Source of the DNA: Pseudomonadota bacterium
GTDB taxonomy: Bacteria; Desulfobacterota; Desulfobulbia; Desulfobulbales; Desulfocapsaceae
NCBI GenBank assembly: GCA_043826415.1
Contig: JBDRQE010000042.1
Span: 97,037-161,036 of the forward strand
Direction of reading: 5' to 3'
DNA: 64,000 bases
Part shown: positions 8,844 through 17,916 of the stretch, one piece after another
How the letters are laid out: each line of letters starts with the position of its first letter
Position numbering within the stretch: position 1 is the first letter of the stretch
The notes under the pieces: model-generated
Database searches by the model: none
What the model was told of the DNA's origin: nothing
What the model saw: only the letters and a program-made list of their open reading frames with translations
Translations under genes and position numbers: made by a program

Positions 8844-10124
8844 TCAAGTTTCAACGATCCAGCAAATCTTTTCGGGACGACCGCCGCCGGTGAGGGTATC
8901 AAGGAGTTGATCCCCGTTGCCAACGCCTTGCAGGACAGGGCTGTCAACATTGAGCAAGATGGATTTTCGGCCAGGGGCCAAAGCTCCAAACTCCTCTTCA
9001 TACCCCATGGCCTCGGCCCCTCCCAGGGTTGCCATGGCCAGGACCACGGCAGGAGCCACTCCGGGATGATCTTCACGCAGGATCTGCATCTCCCGCCACA
9101 GATCCAGCTCTTCATTGGAGGCGATGGAGTCGGTGCCCAGGGCAGGCAGCAGCCGATGAGCCAGCATCATCTCCAGAGGTGCGACCCCGACTCCAAGAAA
9201 GCGGTTGCTGCCGGGACAGAGACAGACCTTACATCCGTGCGCCGCCAGCATCTGTACCTCTTTTTCACTCACATGGACACAATGAACACAGAGCAGATTC
9301 GCATCCAGCAGCCCCAGATGCTCCAAGTACTCCACCGCCCCACGACCGTCCATTCCCGGACAGGGGAAAATATTCTCCCAGGCTCCCCGTTCTTCAAGGA
9401 AGCTGCGAAAGCAGCCTTGACCGCTCTGCAGAAGTTCAATCTCATCGGCTGATTCCGCCACATGCAGTGAAAAGATGTGACGCAGACGATCCGCCCTCTG
9501 CTTCAGGGCCATCATAATTCCGGCAGTCGTCGAATAGGGGGCGTGAGGGGTGGCCGCCACTGAATCAGGAAGGGAGGCAATCTTGACCAGAACCTGTTCT
9601 TCAGCCTTGCTAGTGGGTCCCAGCAGTTCAAGAAGAAAGGAAAGGTAAACAGCAGGCGAGTTGGTTGCCGGGAAAGATGGCAGGATATTGCCGATATCGA
9701 GCAGGAGAAGAACTCCGGCATCATGCTGCTGCTGGAGCATATTCCGGGCCGCACGTGCCACCTCTTCCGCCTCGATCCCGCCGTCCTGCCTGAGCTGAAG
9801 CAGGGAGCGAATCCAGTCGCAGAACGTTTCCTCAGGGGTCGGTCGCGGAACATGGTGATACGCAGACAGCTCAAGATGGATGTGGGCGTTCACCAGACCG
9901 GGCAGCAGCACTCCCTGACAGTTCTCGATACGTGCATCGGCAAACTGGGCTCGAAGGGAAGAAGAGCTGCCTACAGCAAGAATCCTGCCATTACCAACGG
10001 CAACAGCACCGTCCCGGATTACCGGCGAGCTGATGGACACGACCCAGGGAGCCAGATAGAGAGAAACAGGGAAAGATGGGAGCTCGTTCTTTGTAGCAAG
10101 GGATGTAGATAGTGGCGATGACAA
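8844..10124 (-). CDS. Amidohydrolase-superfamily deaminase (candidate aminodeoxyfutalosine deaminase)
   Basis: The metal motif LLPGLVNAHIHLELS is present, with later HV.ES and D-type motifs. It lies directly downstream of mqnC and mqnE. Confidence 0.68.
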   Translation of the reverse strand: MSSPLSTSLATKNELPSFPVSLYLAPWVVSISSPVIRDGAVAVGNGRILAVGSSSSLRAQFADARIENCQGVLLPGLVNAHIHLELSAYHHVPRPTPEETFCDWIRSLLQLRQDGGIEAEEVARAARNMLQQQHDAGVLLLLDIGNILPSFPATNSPAVYLSFLLELLGPTSKAEEQVLVKIASLPDSVAATPHAPYSTTAGIMMALKQRADRLRHIFSLHVAESADEIELLQSGQGCFRSFLEERGAWENIFPCPGMDGRGAVEYLEHLGLLDANLLCVHCVHVSEKEVQMLAAHGCKVCLCPGSNRFLGVGVAPLEMMLAHRLLPALGTDSIASNEELDLWREMQILREDHPGVAPAVVLAMATLGGAEAMGYEEEFGALAPGRKSILLNVDSPVLQGVGNGDQLLDTLTGGGRPEKICWIVET

Positions 10125-10137
10125 GAAGAGACCTTCC

Positions 10138-11241
10138 TTAGATCACCGTATAATTCATCAGCCGCTGCCGCGGTTCAAAGCCGGCATCAACGACCAGACG
10201 TCTGATCTCCTGCTCTGAGAGCCTGAAACTGACCCCGGCCGCCGCCACCACATTCTCCTCGAGCATGGTGCTGCCAAAATCATTGGCCCCGAAGAAAAGA
10301 GACAGCTGGGCAATCTTCGGTCCCTGGGTCACCCAGGAGGCCTGGACATTCTCAAAATTATCAAGATAGATCCGAGAGAGGGCCAGCATGCGCAGATAAC
10401 CCATGCCGGTGGTTTTTTCGATCTCCACCTGTTGGGAAAGGGCGGTATTGTCGGGCTGGAACGGCCAGGGGATAAAGGCGGTAAAACCGCCGGTCCGATC
10501 CTGCAGTTCCCGCAGACGACGCAGATGCTCCAATCGCTCGGCAACAGTCTCGATATGGCCGAACATCATGGTGGCGGTGGTACGCAAGCCCTGCTTATGG
10601 GCCTCTTCCATGACCTCAATCCACTGATCAGCCGAACACTTCCGGGGGGCAGTGGCCTCCCGCACCCGATCGGACAGGATCTCGGCGCCTCCTCCGGGGA
10701 TGGAATCAAGACCGGCAGCGATCAGCCGTTGCAGTACCTCGCGGATCGAAAGACCCGAGAGGCTGGCAAAATGACAGACCTCCGGAGGCGAAAAACCATG
10801 GACGTGGATGCCGGTTGTCTTCATAAAGCGCAGCATCTCTTCGTAATATTCCAGTGGTTTATCTGGGTGGAGTCCACCCTGGAGCAGGATCTGAGTCCCG
10901 CCCAGATCCTGGGTTTCACGAATTTTCAGTGCAAGTTCATCAAAGGTGAGCAGATAGCCGGTCTGATCCTCAGGGGCCTTGAAAAAGGCACAGAATTTAC
11001 AGGCGGAGATACAGATATCGGTGTAGTTCACATTGCGGTCAACGACATAGGTGACATTGCCCTCCGGATGGAGGCGCCTCCTGATGCCATCGGCTAAAAA
11101 TCCAAGCTGGTAAAGGTCTGCGTCCCGTTCGAGCGCAAGAAACTCCTCGTCACTGATCCTGCCGCCTGCCATAACCTTTTCAGTAATGGACTCCATCACC
11201 TCTTTCTGCAACCCCTTCATCTGCAACCCCTCATCAATCAT
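10138..11241 (-). CDS. mqnC: Radical SAM enzyme, cyclic dehypoxanthinyl futalosine synthase MqnC-like
   Basis: VTYVVDRNVNYTDICISACKFCAFF carries the CxxxCxxC cluster motif. It is a paralogue of the adjacent gene. The MqnC versus MqnE assignment rests on remembered N-terminal patterns. Confidence 0.7.
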   Translation of the reverse strand: MIDEGLQMKGLQKEVMESITEKVMAGGRISDEEFLALERDADLYQLGFLADGIRRRLHPEGNVTYVVDRNVNYTDICISACKFCAFFKAPEDQTGYLLTFDELALKIRETQDLGGTQILLQGGLHPDKPLEYYEEMLRFMKTTGIHVHGFSPPEVCHFASLSGLSIREVLQRLIAAGLDSIPGGGAEILSDRVREATAPRKCSADQWIEVMEEAHKQGLRTTATMMFGHIETVAERLEHLRRLRELQDRTGGFTAFIPWPFQPDNTALSQQVEIEKTTGMGYLRMLALSRIYLDNFENVQASWVTQGPKIAQLSLFFGANDFGSTMLEENVVAAAGVSFRLSEQEIRRLVVDAGFEPRQRLMNYTVI

Positions 11242-12331
11242 GAACCTTGATCACATTATACAACGTATCCCGTTCCACAGGAACCCGGCCCGCCTCTTTG
11301 ATCAACCGCACCAGTGTCTTACTGCCGATGGCCTGATCGGTGTCGGCACCGGCCATGTGAGTGATCACCTCTTCCTTGACCGTGCCGTCCATATCGTCAG
11401 CCCCGAAGGAGAGAGCGACTTGGGCCATTTTGGGCCCGATCATAACCCAGTAGGCCTTGATGTGCGGGAAGTTATCAAGAAAAAGTCTGGCCACGGCGAT
11501 ATTTTTCAGATCATCAATGCCGGTGGTGCGGGACAGACTGCTCATCTCGGTGTTTTTGGGATGGAAGGAGAGCGGGATAAAGGCAAGGAAGCCATTGGTT
11601 TCATCCTGGGCCGTGCGCAAAGCGTCAAGGTGTTCCAGACGCTCCTCCATGGTCTCGATATGGCCATAGAGCATGGTGGCATTGGTGTGCAGGCCTTGAC
11701 GGTGGGCGGTCTTGGCCACCTCCAGCCACTGCTCGCCGGGCAGCTTCTTTTCACAGGTGATCGCCCGGATGCGCGGGGCAAAAACCTCGGCTCCGCCGCC
11801 GGGAATGGAGCCTAAGCCCGCATCCCGCAGGATATCAAGGGTCTGCGCCACAGACTTACCGGCCAACCCTGCCAGATGAGCAATCTCGACACAGGTGAAG
11901 GCCTGGATATGAACATCGGGCCTGACCTCTTTGATACCGCGCAACAGTTCCAGGTAATAATCAAAAGGCAGGTCAGGATGAATCCCGCCCACCATATGGA
12001 TCTCGCTAATGGGCTCATCAAGCCGGGCCCGCACCTTTTCCTTGACCTGAGCCAGATCCATCTCATAGGCAAGGTCAGAGCTTTTATCCTTGCCAAATGC
12101 GCAGAACTTGCAGAGGTTGGTGCAGATATTGGAGTAATTGATATGCTGGTTGTAGATGAAATAGGCCTTATCACCATTCATCCTGTTGCGGACCAGATTG
12201 GCCATATAGCCAAGGGCCAGGATTTCCTTGGTGTTATACAGGGCCAGCCCGTCTTGCAGGTTCAGCCTCTCACCGGCCTCCACTTTTTCCAGAATATTCC
12301 CTAGTCCTGCCTGTTGCACAAAAGATTTCAT
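11234..12331 (-). CDS. mqnE: Radical SAM enzyme, aminofutalosine synthase MqnE-like
   Basis: KVEAGERLNLQDGLALY...AYFIYNQHINYSNICTNLCKFCAFGK supports the call. I chose the ATG at 12331 (MKSFVQQ), because the track start at 12343 is a TTG. The stop overlaps the mqnC start by 8 nt. Confidence 0.7.
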   Translation of the reverse strand: MKSFVQQAGLGNILEKVEAGERLNLQDGLALYNTKEILALGYMANLVRNRMNGDKAYFIYNQHINYSNICTNLCKFCAFGKDKSSDLAYEMDLAQVKEKVRARLDEPISEIHMVGGIHPDLPFDYYLELLRGIKEVRPDVHIQAFTCVEIAHLAGLAGKSVAQTLDILRDAGLGSIPGGGAEVFAPRIRAITCEKKLPGEQWLEVAKTAHRQGLHTNATMLYGHIETMEERLEHLDALRTAQDETNGFLAFIPLSFHPKNTEMSSLSRTTGIDDLKNIAVARLFLDNFPHIKAYWVMIGPKMAQVALSFGADDMDGTVKEEVITHMAGADTDQAIGSKTLVRLIKEAGRVPVERDTLYNVIKVHD

Positions 12332-12493
12332 AATTAGCCGCAAATAAAAAATAAAATTGTTATCTGGATGTCAAAACCGGCATACAAAACCAGTTACACT
12401 TGACATTCGTCCTTGAAACAAGCGCTACTTTACCGTCCATGGCCGAGGTTACGAAATAGTATTCAAGGCTTGCAATCTTTCGTAACGACTCCT

Positions 12494-12522
12494 AAAAAAA
12501 AAAGCCGGACACAAAGTCCGGC
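12494..12522 (-). terminator. Rho-independent terminator of the sigma factor gene
   Basis: The minus strand reads GCCGGAC-TTTGT-GTCCGGC followed by T10. It lies 27 nt after the stop at 12549. Confidence 0.72.
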
Positions 12523-12548
12523 TTCATACTTAAGTACAATGTTATCTC

Positions 12549-13898
12549 TTAATCAAGAAAATATTTCAGTTGATCACGTCTGCTGGAATGGCGCAGTCGA
12601 TTCAAAGCCTTTTTTTCAATCTGGCGAATCCGCTCCCGGGAGACATTAAAGCGCTTACCAATCTCTTCGAGAGTATATTCAGCCTTTTCTCCGATGCCGA
12701 AGCGAAGACGGATAATTTTTTCTTCCCGTTCACTGAGGGTTGACAGGATCTCGGTCACCCGACCGGCAAGCTCCCGGGTCTGCACCGTATCATAGGGAGA
12801 CTGAGATTCATTATTTTCGAGAAAGTCACCCAAAGTCGAATCATCATCACCAACCGGAGTCTCCAGGGAAATGGGTTCCCGTGACGCCTCCAGAATGGCC
12901 AGGATCTTGTCCATGGGCAGTTCGGTACTTTTGGAAATTTCAAGTGGAGTTGGTTCCCGGCCCAGCTCCTTGAACAGGGCATAAAAGGCCTTAAAAAACT
13001 GACTGCGCAGCTCAAGAAAATGCACCGGCAAACGAATGGTCCGGGTTTTATCAAGAATCGCCCGGGTGATAGCCTGCCTGATCCACCAACTGGCATAGGT
13101 GGAAAACTTATTACCTTTGGTATAATCAAAACGAAAGACCGCACGCATCAAACCCAGATTTCCCTCCTGGATCAGATCGGCCAGGGTCAGTCCCTGATGC
13201 ATATACCGTTTGGCAATGGAGACCACCAGACGCAGATTGGCGCGAATCATCGCATCCTTTGCGACCTCAATAGAACGACTGTAGGCCTCAATCTTGGCCT
13301 GCAATTCATGCAATTCGCGCTTATCAGAATATTTCTTGGCAGCGCTGATCACACTGTAACGCATGAAATTGAGCTGCTGTTTTTTAGGCTTCAGGGTCGG
13401 ATCACGCTTTTCCCAGAGATCAATCCGGCCACACAGCAAGCCCATCTCCGCAACCCCGGTCACATCTTCGCGTATCGCCAGAATAATCTGATCAAACCCC
13501 TCTCGAATACACTTGGAGTATTTAGCCTCCTCGTCAGGGGTCAAGAGATCAAACTGCCCCATTTCCCGCAGGTATGTGGTTGTGGTCTCTTCTGCTTCAT
13601 GGCTGACATCGCCTGCAGCCATGATCGAGCTATCTGTCAGATCATCATCATCATCACTTTCAGCCTTATCATGATCCCACGCCTCTCCAGACAAGGTTCT
13701 TTTTTCACCGTTTTTTTCAACAGTGACGATCTGAATATTGTTGGCTCCAAGAAAATTAAAGATATTTTCAATGGCATTGGGATCTTTAATCTCATCAGGC
13801 AACAATTCATTCAAGTCGCTAAAGCTGAGACAGCCTTCAGTCTGACCCGCTTTCAGTAGATTTTCTTTCAATTCAGAGAGCACTGGGACATACTCCAT
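12549..13898 (-). CDS. rpoD: RNA polymerase sigma-70 family factor, RpoD-type (449 aa)
   Basis: Region 2 reads RLVVSIAKRYMHQGLTLADLIQEGNLGLMRAV..FSTYASWWIRQAITRAI. Region 4.2 reads TLEEIGKRFNVSRERIRQIEKKAL. It also has an acidic spacer and a 1.1-like N-terminus. Confidence 0.85.
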   Translation of the reverse strand: MEYVPVLSELKENLLKAGQTEGCLSFSDLNELLPDEIKDPNAIENIFNFLGANNIQIVTVEKNGEKRTLSGEAWDHDKAESDDDDDLTDSSIMAAGDVSHEAEETTTTYLREMGQFDLLTPDEEAKYSKCIREGFDQIILAIREDVTGVAEMGLLCGRIDLWEKRDPTLKPKKQQLNFMRYSVISAAKKYSDKRELHELQAKIEAYSRSIEVAKDAMIRANLRLVVSIAKRYMHQGLTLADLIQEGNLGLMRAVFRFDYTKGNKFSTYASWWIRQAITRAILDKTRTIRLPVHFLELRSQFFKAFYALFKELGREPTPLEISKSTELPMDKILAILEASREPISLETPVGDDDSTLGDFLENNESQSPYDTVQTRELAGRVTEILSTLSEREEKIIRLRFGIGEKAEYTLEEIGKRFNVSRERIRQIEKKALNRLRHSSRRDQLKYFLD

Positions 13899-14288
13899 TA
13901 CTTATATTTTTAAAACAACTCATCTATTTACAAAACCCAATAATTACAGTAAAAATTTAATATTACACATTGACATATTCAGAAGTACGGCCCCCGTTGA
14001 CACCACATTCTCTAGCAACCTGGACATCCCACCGCCTGCAAAATCCTTAACAGAACATAATAGCGTACAACGCCTGACCACAAAAAACAAATAAATAAAT
14101 TGGGGGAACTCACCAAAAGAGGAATAATAATTTTTTCTAAACACAAAAGTTATATTTTAGTATTGTAAGATTGATTTATCAAACAGGCAAGAGAGGCAAC
14201 AGCATCTTTTTTCGTCACCACTGATAAACACTTATAACATGCTGAAACAAAAATATTTATTTTTTCAAACAACGACAATACACATTTT

Positions 14289-15842
14289 ATGCGAGCTCTC
14301 TCCCCTCCCAAACGCGGCAGTGGCATCCTGGTCCATATAACCTCTCTCCCTTCTCCCTACGGCATTGGAGATTTGGGTTTTTCCAGCCACGCCTTTCTTG
14401 AATTTCTGGCCCGGGCCGGGCAAGGACATTGGCAGTTTCTCCCCACAGGACCCGGGAATCCTGTGTTTGACAATTCTCCCTACATGAGCAGCTCAGCCTT
14501 TGCCGGCTCTCCGCTGCTTATCTCGCCAGAGCTACTGCTTGAGCAAGGATTGATCGAGGAGAGTTCCCTGAAAACCGCCCCGGTTTTTTCTGAGTACAGT
14601 ACCGACTTCCCGCAAGTTGGTCTTTTCAAAGCAAAAATCCTGCACGAGGCGTTTGCAAATTTTTCTCCAGAGTCGCAACCATTTATCACCTTCAAAGAAG
14701 ATACTCCATGGCTGGAAGATTACAGCCTGTTCATGGTCCTGAAGGAGGAGTTCCATGGCCTTGGCTGGTTTGACTGGCCTGCTGAGATTGCCACCCGCAG
14801 ACCAGAGGTCTTGACGGCCTTACGCCTGAGACACCATGACCGTATGCAATATTATGCCTTTGAACAGTTTGAGTTCTTCCGGCAATGGCAGATTCTGCGA
14901 ACAAAAGCCAAAAAAGAAAACATTAAACTCATCGGTGACATCCCCATCTATATGGGCTGGGACAGTGTGGATGTCTGGGCCAATCAAGAGATATTTACCC
15001 TTGACACCGAAAGCCTCCGCCCCACCCATGTTGCCGGTGTTCCTCCCGATTATTTCAGCATAACCGGACAACGATGGGGTAATCCTCTTTACAGATGGCA
15101 GAGCAGTGATCAAAATGTCCAGGAGAAGCTGACCGACTGGTGGATCGAACGATTTCGTACCGTATTTCAAATGGTTGACACTGCACGTATCGACCATTTT
15201 CGAGGTTTTGAGGCCTACTGGTCCATTCCGGAGGAAGAAAAAACAGCCATAGGGGGCGAATGGCTCAAAGGACCGGGCAAACTCTTTTTTGACAAAATAT
15301 TCAGCGCCCTCGGCCCACTCGATATCATCGCCGAAGACTTAGGCATAATTACTCCGGAAGTCACCACGCTTCGTCGCACCCTTGGATTTCCGGGCATGAA
15401 AGTGCTGCAATTCGCCTTTGATGACAACCCGCATAATCCCTTCCTTCCCCATAATTTTAGCAGTTCAAACTGCGTCGTCTATACCGGAACCCATGACAAT
15501 GACACCACCGTCGGCTGGTTCCTCAGTGATCACCTGACTCCCTCGCAGAGGTGGCGCATCAAAAAAAATGCCAACCGTGATGATGACAATCCCTCAACAA
15601 TACATAAGGACCTTATCTATCTGGCCATGGGCTCCATCGGACGCCTGACCATCTTCCCCCTCCAGGACATCCTGGGGTTTGGTAACGACTGCAAGATGAA
15701 CAGTCCCGGCACCTGTAAAGGCAACTGGACATGGCGCTGCGCCCCTCGTTTTTTCACGGAATCATTAAGTTCCTGGCTGCGGGCCGAAACTGAGCTCTTT
15801 GGTCGTAGCCCCGAACAAGCCGTAAGCACCAATCACCCTTGA
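14289..15842 (+). CDS. malQ: 4-alpha-glucanotransferase (amylomaltase, GH77)
   Basis: SGILVHITSLPSPYGIGDLG, YFS.TGQRWGNPLY, IDHFRGF and YTGTHDNDT are the typical GH77 signatures. Confidence 0.9.
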   Translation: MRALSPPKRGSGILVHITSLPSPYGIGDLGFSSHAFLEFLARAGQGHWQFLPTGPGNPVFDNSPYMSSSAFAGSPLLISPELLLEQGLIEESSLKTAPVFSEYSTDFPQVGLFKAKILHEAFANFSPESQPFITFKEDTPWLEDYSLFMVLKEEFHGLGWFDWPAEIATRRPEVLTALRLRHHDRMQYYAFEQFEFFRQWQILRTKAKKENIKLIGDIPIYMGWDSVDVWANQEIFTLDTESLRPTHVAGVPPDYFSITGQRWGNPLYRWQSSDQNVQEKLTDWWIERFRTVFQMVDTARIDHFRGFEAYWSIPEEEKTAIGGEWLKGPGKLFFDKIFSALGPLDIIAEDLGIITPEVTTLRRTLGFPGMKVLQFAFDDNPHNPFLPHNFSSSNCVVYTGTHDNDTTVGWFLSDHLTPSQRWRIKKNANRDDDNPSTIHKDLIYLAMGSIGRLTIFPLQDILGFGNDCKMNSPGTCKGNWTWRCAPRFFTESLSSWLRAETELFGRSPEQAVSTNHP

Positions 15843-15853
15843 GAGGAGTCCCC

Positions 15854-16432
15854 ATGCATACCCTCATCATCCTTGGCAGTCCACGCAAAAATGGTAACAG
15901 TGACACCCTGGCCCGGAGTGTCGCTTGCGGCATAGAACAGCACCCTGAAGCTACCATTGAATCCATACGGCTGAACGACCTGCAGATCTCTCCCTGTCAA
16001 GGATGTGGCGGCTGCAACAAGACCTCAACCTGTGTCATCGACGATGACATGACACACCTCTACGACAAGGTCGACAGCTGCGACCATCTGATTCTGGTAA
16101 GTCCCATATATTTCTATGGACTTTCGGCCCAGTGCAAAACCTTTATCGACCGTTTTCAGGCCCGCTGGGCGAGGAAATATCTGTCAGGAATCCCGTTCAG
16201 AAAGGAGGAACACCGCCAGGGAACCCTTCTTGCTACTGCAGCAACAGAAGGGAAAAAGGTCTTTGATGGCGCTTTGCTTACCGCGCGTACCCTTTTTGAT
16301 GCTCTCGATCTGGAAAACGGAGAGTCTTTGCTGGTCAGAGGAGTCGATCAACGTGGAGCCATGCAGAAAAAGACTGAAATCCTGGCCCAGGCTGTCGCTC
16401 TGGGGCAAAAAATTGCTCGCGGCAAGAGTTGA
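15854..16432 (+). CDS. Iron-sulfur flavoprotein / NADPH-dependent FMN reductase family
   Basis: MHTLIILGSPRKNGNS is a flavodoxin-like start. CQGCGGCNKTSTC is a CX2CX2CX5C motif, as in Isf proteins. GAGAGGAG lies upstream of the ATG at 15854. Confidence 0.72.
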   Translation: MHTLIILGSPRKNGNSDTLARSVACGIEQHPEATIESIRLNDLQISPCQGCGGCNKTSTCVIDDDMTHLYDKVDSCDHLILVSPIYFYGLSAQCKTFIDRFQARWARKYLSGIPFRKEEHRQGTLLATAATEGKKVFDGALLTARTLFDALDLENGESLLVRGVDQRGAMQKKTEILAQAVALGQKIARGKS

Positions 16433-16500
16433 GAAATCCTGATAAATATCCATTTTCATTGCCACCCGGCATTTATCCTCAAAACTCCTGGAACAATTCC

Positions 16501-16529
16501 TTGACAATGGAATCTGATTCCTGTAAAAA
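16501..16529 (+). promoter_or_regulatory. Candidate sigma70 promoter of tRNA-Glu
   Basis: TTGACA (16501-16506), a 17-nt spacer, then TAAAAA (16524-16529). The mature tRNA 5' end lies 15 nt downstream. Confidence 0.45.
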
Positions 16530-16543
16530 GACATCGACCTTCA

Positions 16544-16618
16544 GGCCCCATCGTCCAGCGGTTAGGACAGCGGCCTCTCACGCCGTAAACAGGGGTTCGA
16601 TTCCCCTTGGGGTCACCA
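16544..16618 (+). tRNA. tRNA-Glu (anticodon CUC)
   Basis: A cloverleaf can be read. The acceptor pairs GGCCCCA with TGGGGTC. The anticodon arm is GCGGC-CTCTCAC-GCCGT (T33, CTC, A37). The T-arm is GGGGTTCGATTCCCC, and the 3' CCA is encoded. Confidence 0.85.
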
Positions 16619-16625
16619 TTCATTC

Positions 16626-16661
16626 AAGGCCTTCTGCGATTTTCGCGGAAGGCCTTTTTTT
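16626..16661 (+). terminator. Rho-independent terminator after tRNA-Glu
   Basis: AAGGCCTTCTGCGA-TTT-TCGCGGAAGGCCTT forms the stem and is followed by T7. Confidence 0.65.
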
Positions 16662-16855
16662 GTTATATGGCTTGCTACGTATTTAGAACGAGTCTCTTGC
16701 AACATGAGGATTTTTGTTCAAAATCAAGGCATGTTAAAAATGTCACAGCAGGCATCTGATTAATATGCCGATGATAAAATTTTGAGCGTAACTCAGAGTT
16801 GCAGCGAAAAGGCCATCTTACAAGAGACTTGACCCTGTCCGTTCCCGGGAAGCTC

Positions 16856-16884
16856 TTGACATCGTTGTCAGCGATGGCTATAAA
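16856..16884 (+). promoter_or_regulatory. Candidate sigma70 promoter of the feo locus
   Basis: TTGACA (16856-16861), a 17-nt spacer, then TATAAA (16879-16884). It lies 57 nt upstream of the feoA ATG. Confidence 0.5.
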
Positions 16885-16940
16885 AATATTGCTTTTAAAG
16901 AAACAAATCCGCCCCGTAATAAAAGTATCCGGAGAAAAGA

Positions 16941-17183
16941 ATGGTTGAGATGAACCTGCGTCAGATGAAGAAAGATCAATCCGGGATCATTTCCTCCATA
17001 AAAGCCGGCGGTGAACTTGGTCTCAGAATGCGCGAGATGGGTCTGGTTCCCGGCACAAAAATTACCATTCAGGGGCGGGCCCCGCTTAATGATCCGGTGG
17101 CTCTGCGACTGATGGGTGGAGTTTTGACCCTGCGCAACAATGAGGCCGATCATATTACCGTCATCGTCGATGATAATGACTGA
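16941..17183 (+). CDS. feoA: FeoA family ferrous iron transport protein
   Basis: The 80-aa protein contains GIISSIKAGGELGLRMREMGLVPGTKITIQGRAPLNDPVALRLMG, typical of the FeoA SH3-like domain. GGAG lies 6 nt before the ATG. Confidence 0.85.
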   Translation: MVEMNLRQMKKDQSGIISSIKAGGELGLRMREMGLVPGTKITIQGRAPLNDPVALRLMGGVLTLRNNEADHITVIVDDND

Positions 17184-17460
17184 ATATCAGCAACAAAATC
17201 ATTGTCTTTTCTAAGCAAAAACCCTTCCGGCAAGGCTCTCTCTTTGAGTCCCTGGCGTCAACGCCCCTGTTCATGAACAAGCACAACACAGGACCGGCAC
17301 AGCCTGCAAGCAATGCTGGTCATCCTTTGTCCAGGCCTTGCTCAACGCATCTTCCGGCGAAACGCCAATAGGCAGCGGAACAAAATATCCGACAAAGAAA
17401 ATGGTTCCGAGATTACGACCTCTTTGATATCCAGCCCCCCCCTTTTCCCTTGAAAAAATA

Positions 17461-17495
17461 TTGACAGGTATTAATGTTTGGTGTACCTAAACATT
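17461..17495 (+). promoter_or_regulatory. TTGACA hexamer plus near-palindromic operator-like element upstream of the second feoA
   Basis: TTGACA sits at 17461-17466. The arms AATGTTTGGT / ACCTAAACATT (17473-17495) are perfect for 7 bp, and extend to 10 bp with one bulge. The element ends 22 nt before the ATG at 17518. Confidence 0.35.
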
Positions 17496-17517
17496 GCTTT
17501 ATTTCACAAAGGGAAAC

Positions 17518-17835
17518 ATGAGCATGACCTTCAAAAGACTTAATCAAAAATGTACCTGTTTGGCGGACAAGGTCAAAAATTGCATCAAGCAATCTCCTTG
17601 CCCCGGCCAGATCACTCCCCTTTCAGAGTCCTGTCGATCTGGGCGGGTGAAGATCTGCAAGATCACCGGGGATAGAAAGCTTTGCGCCAGAATGGCATCA
17701 CTTGGCGTTTATGCCGGAGAAGAAGCTGAATTGCTCTGTCCTGAAAACGGTTCACAGTGCCTGCTAAAACTGCAGGGCGCTACCCTGAGTCTTGACAGCA
17801 CTGCCACCCGCAACATCATGGTGACAGAAGTATAA
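17518..17835 (+). CDS. feoA: FeoA domain protein (second copy, N-terminally extended)
   Basis: The C-terminal GRVKICKITGDRKLCARMASLGVYAGEEAELLC....CLLKLQGATLSL is FeoA-like. The ATG at 17518 follows AAAGGGA. Confidence 0.72.
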   Translation: MSMTFKRLNQKCTCLADKVKNCIKQSPCPGQITPLSESCRSGRVKICKITGDRKLCARMASLGVYAGEEAELLCPENGSQCLLKLQGATLSLDSTATRNIMVTEV

Positions 17836-17846
17836 AAAACAACAAC

Positions 17847-17869
17847 CCGCAAGCTTTGCGGTTTTTTTT
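17847..17869 (+). terminator. Intrinsic terminator-like hairpin between feoA2 and the downstream feo genes
   Basis: CCGCAA-GCT-TTGCGG is followed by T8. It begins 12 nt after the feoA2 stop. Confidence 0.5.
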
Positions 17870-17916
17870 GGCCCCTCAAGTTTAGGAAGACCTAACTATC
17901 AATTCCGAGGAATACC

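Noticed and set aside
12344-12420. Promoter for the mqnE operon (minus-strand TTGACA at 12374-12369).
   Set aside because: The only T/A-rich -10 candidates lie at 15-16 nt spacing, and just about 17 nt from the ATG. That is too ambiguous to report as a feature.
13020-13859. 279-aa plus-strand ORF.
   Set aside because: It is antisense to the sigma-70 gene, which has complete regions 2-4.
16687-16940. Fur box upstream of feoA.
   Set aside because: No reasonable match to GATAATGATAATCATTATC is present. Only the sigma70-type hexamers are convincing.
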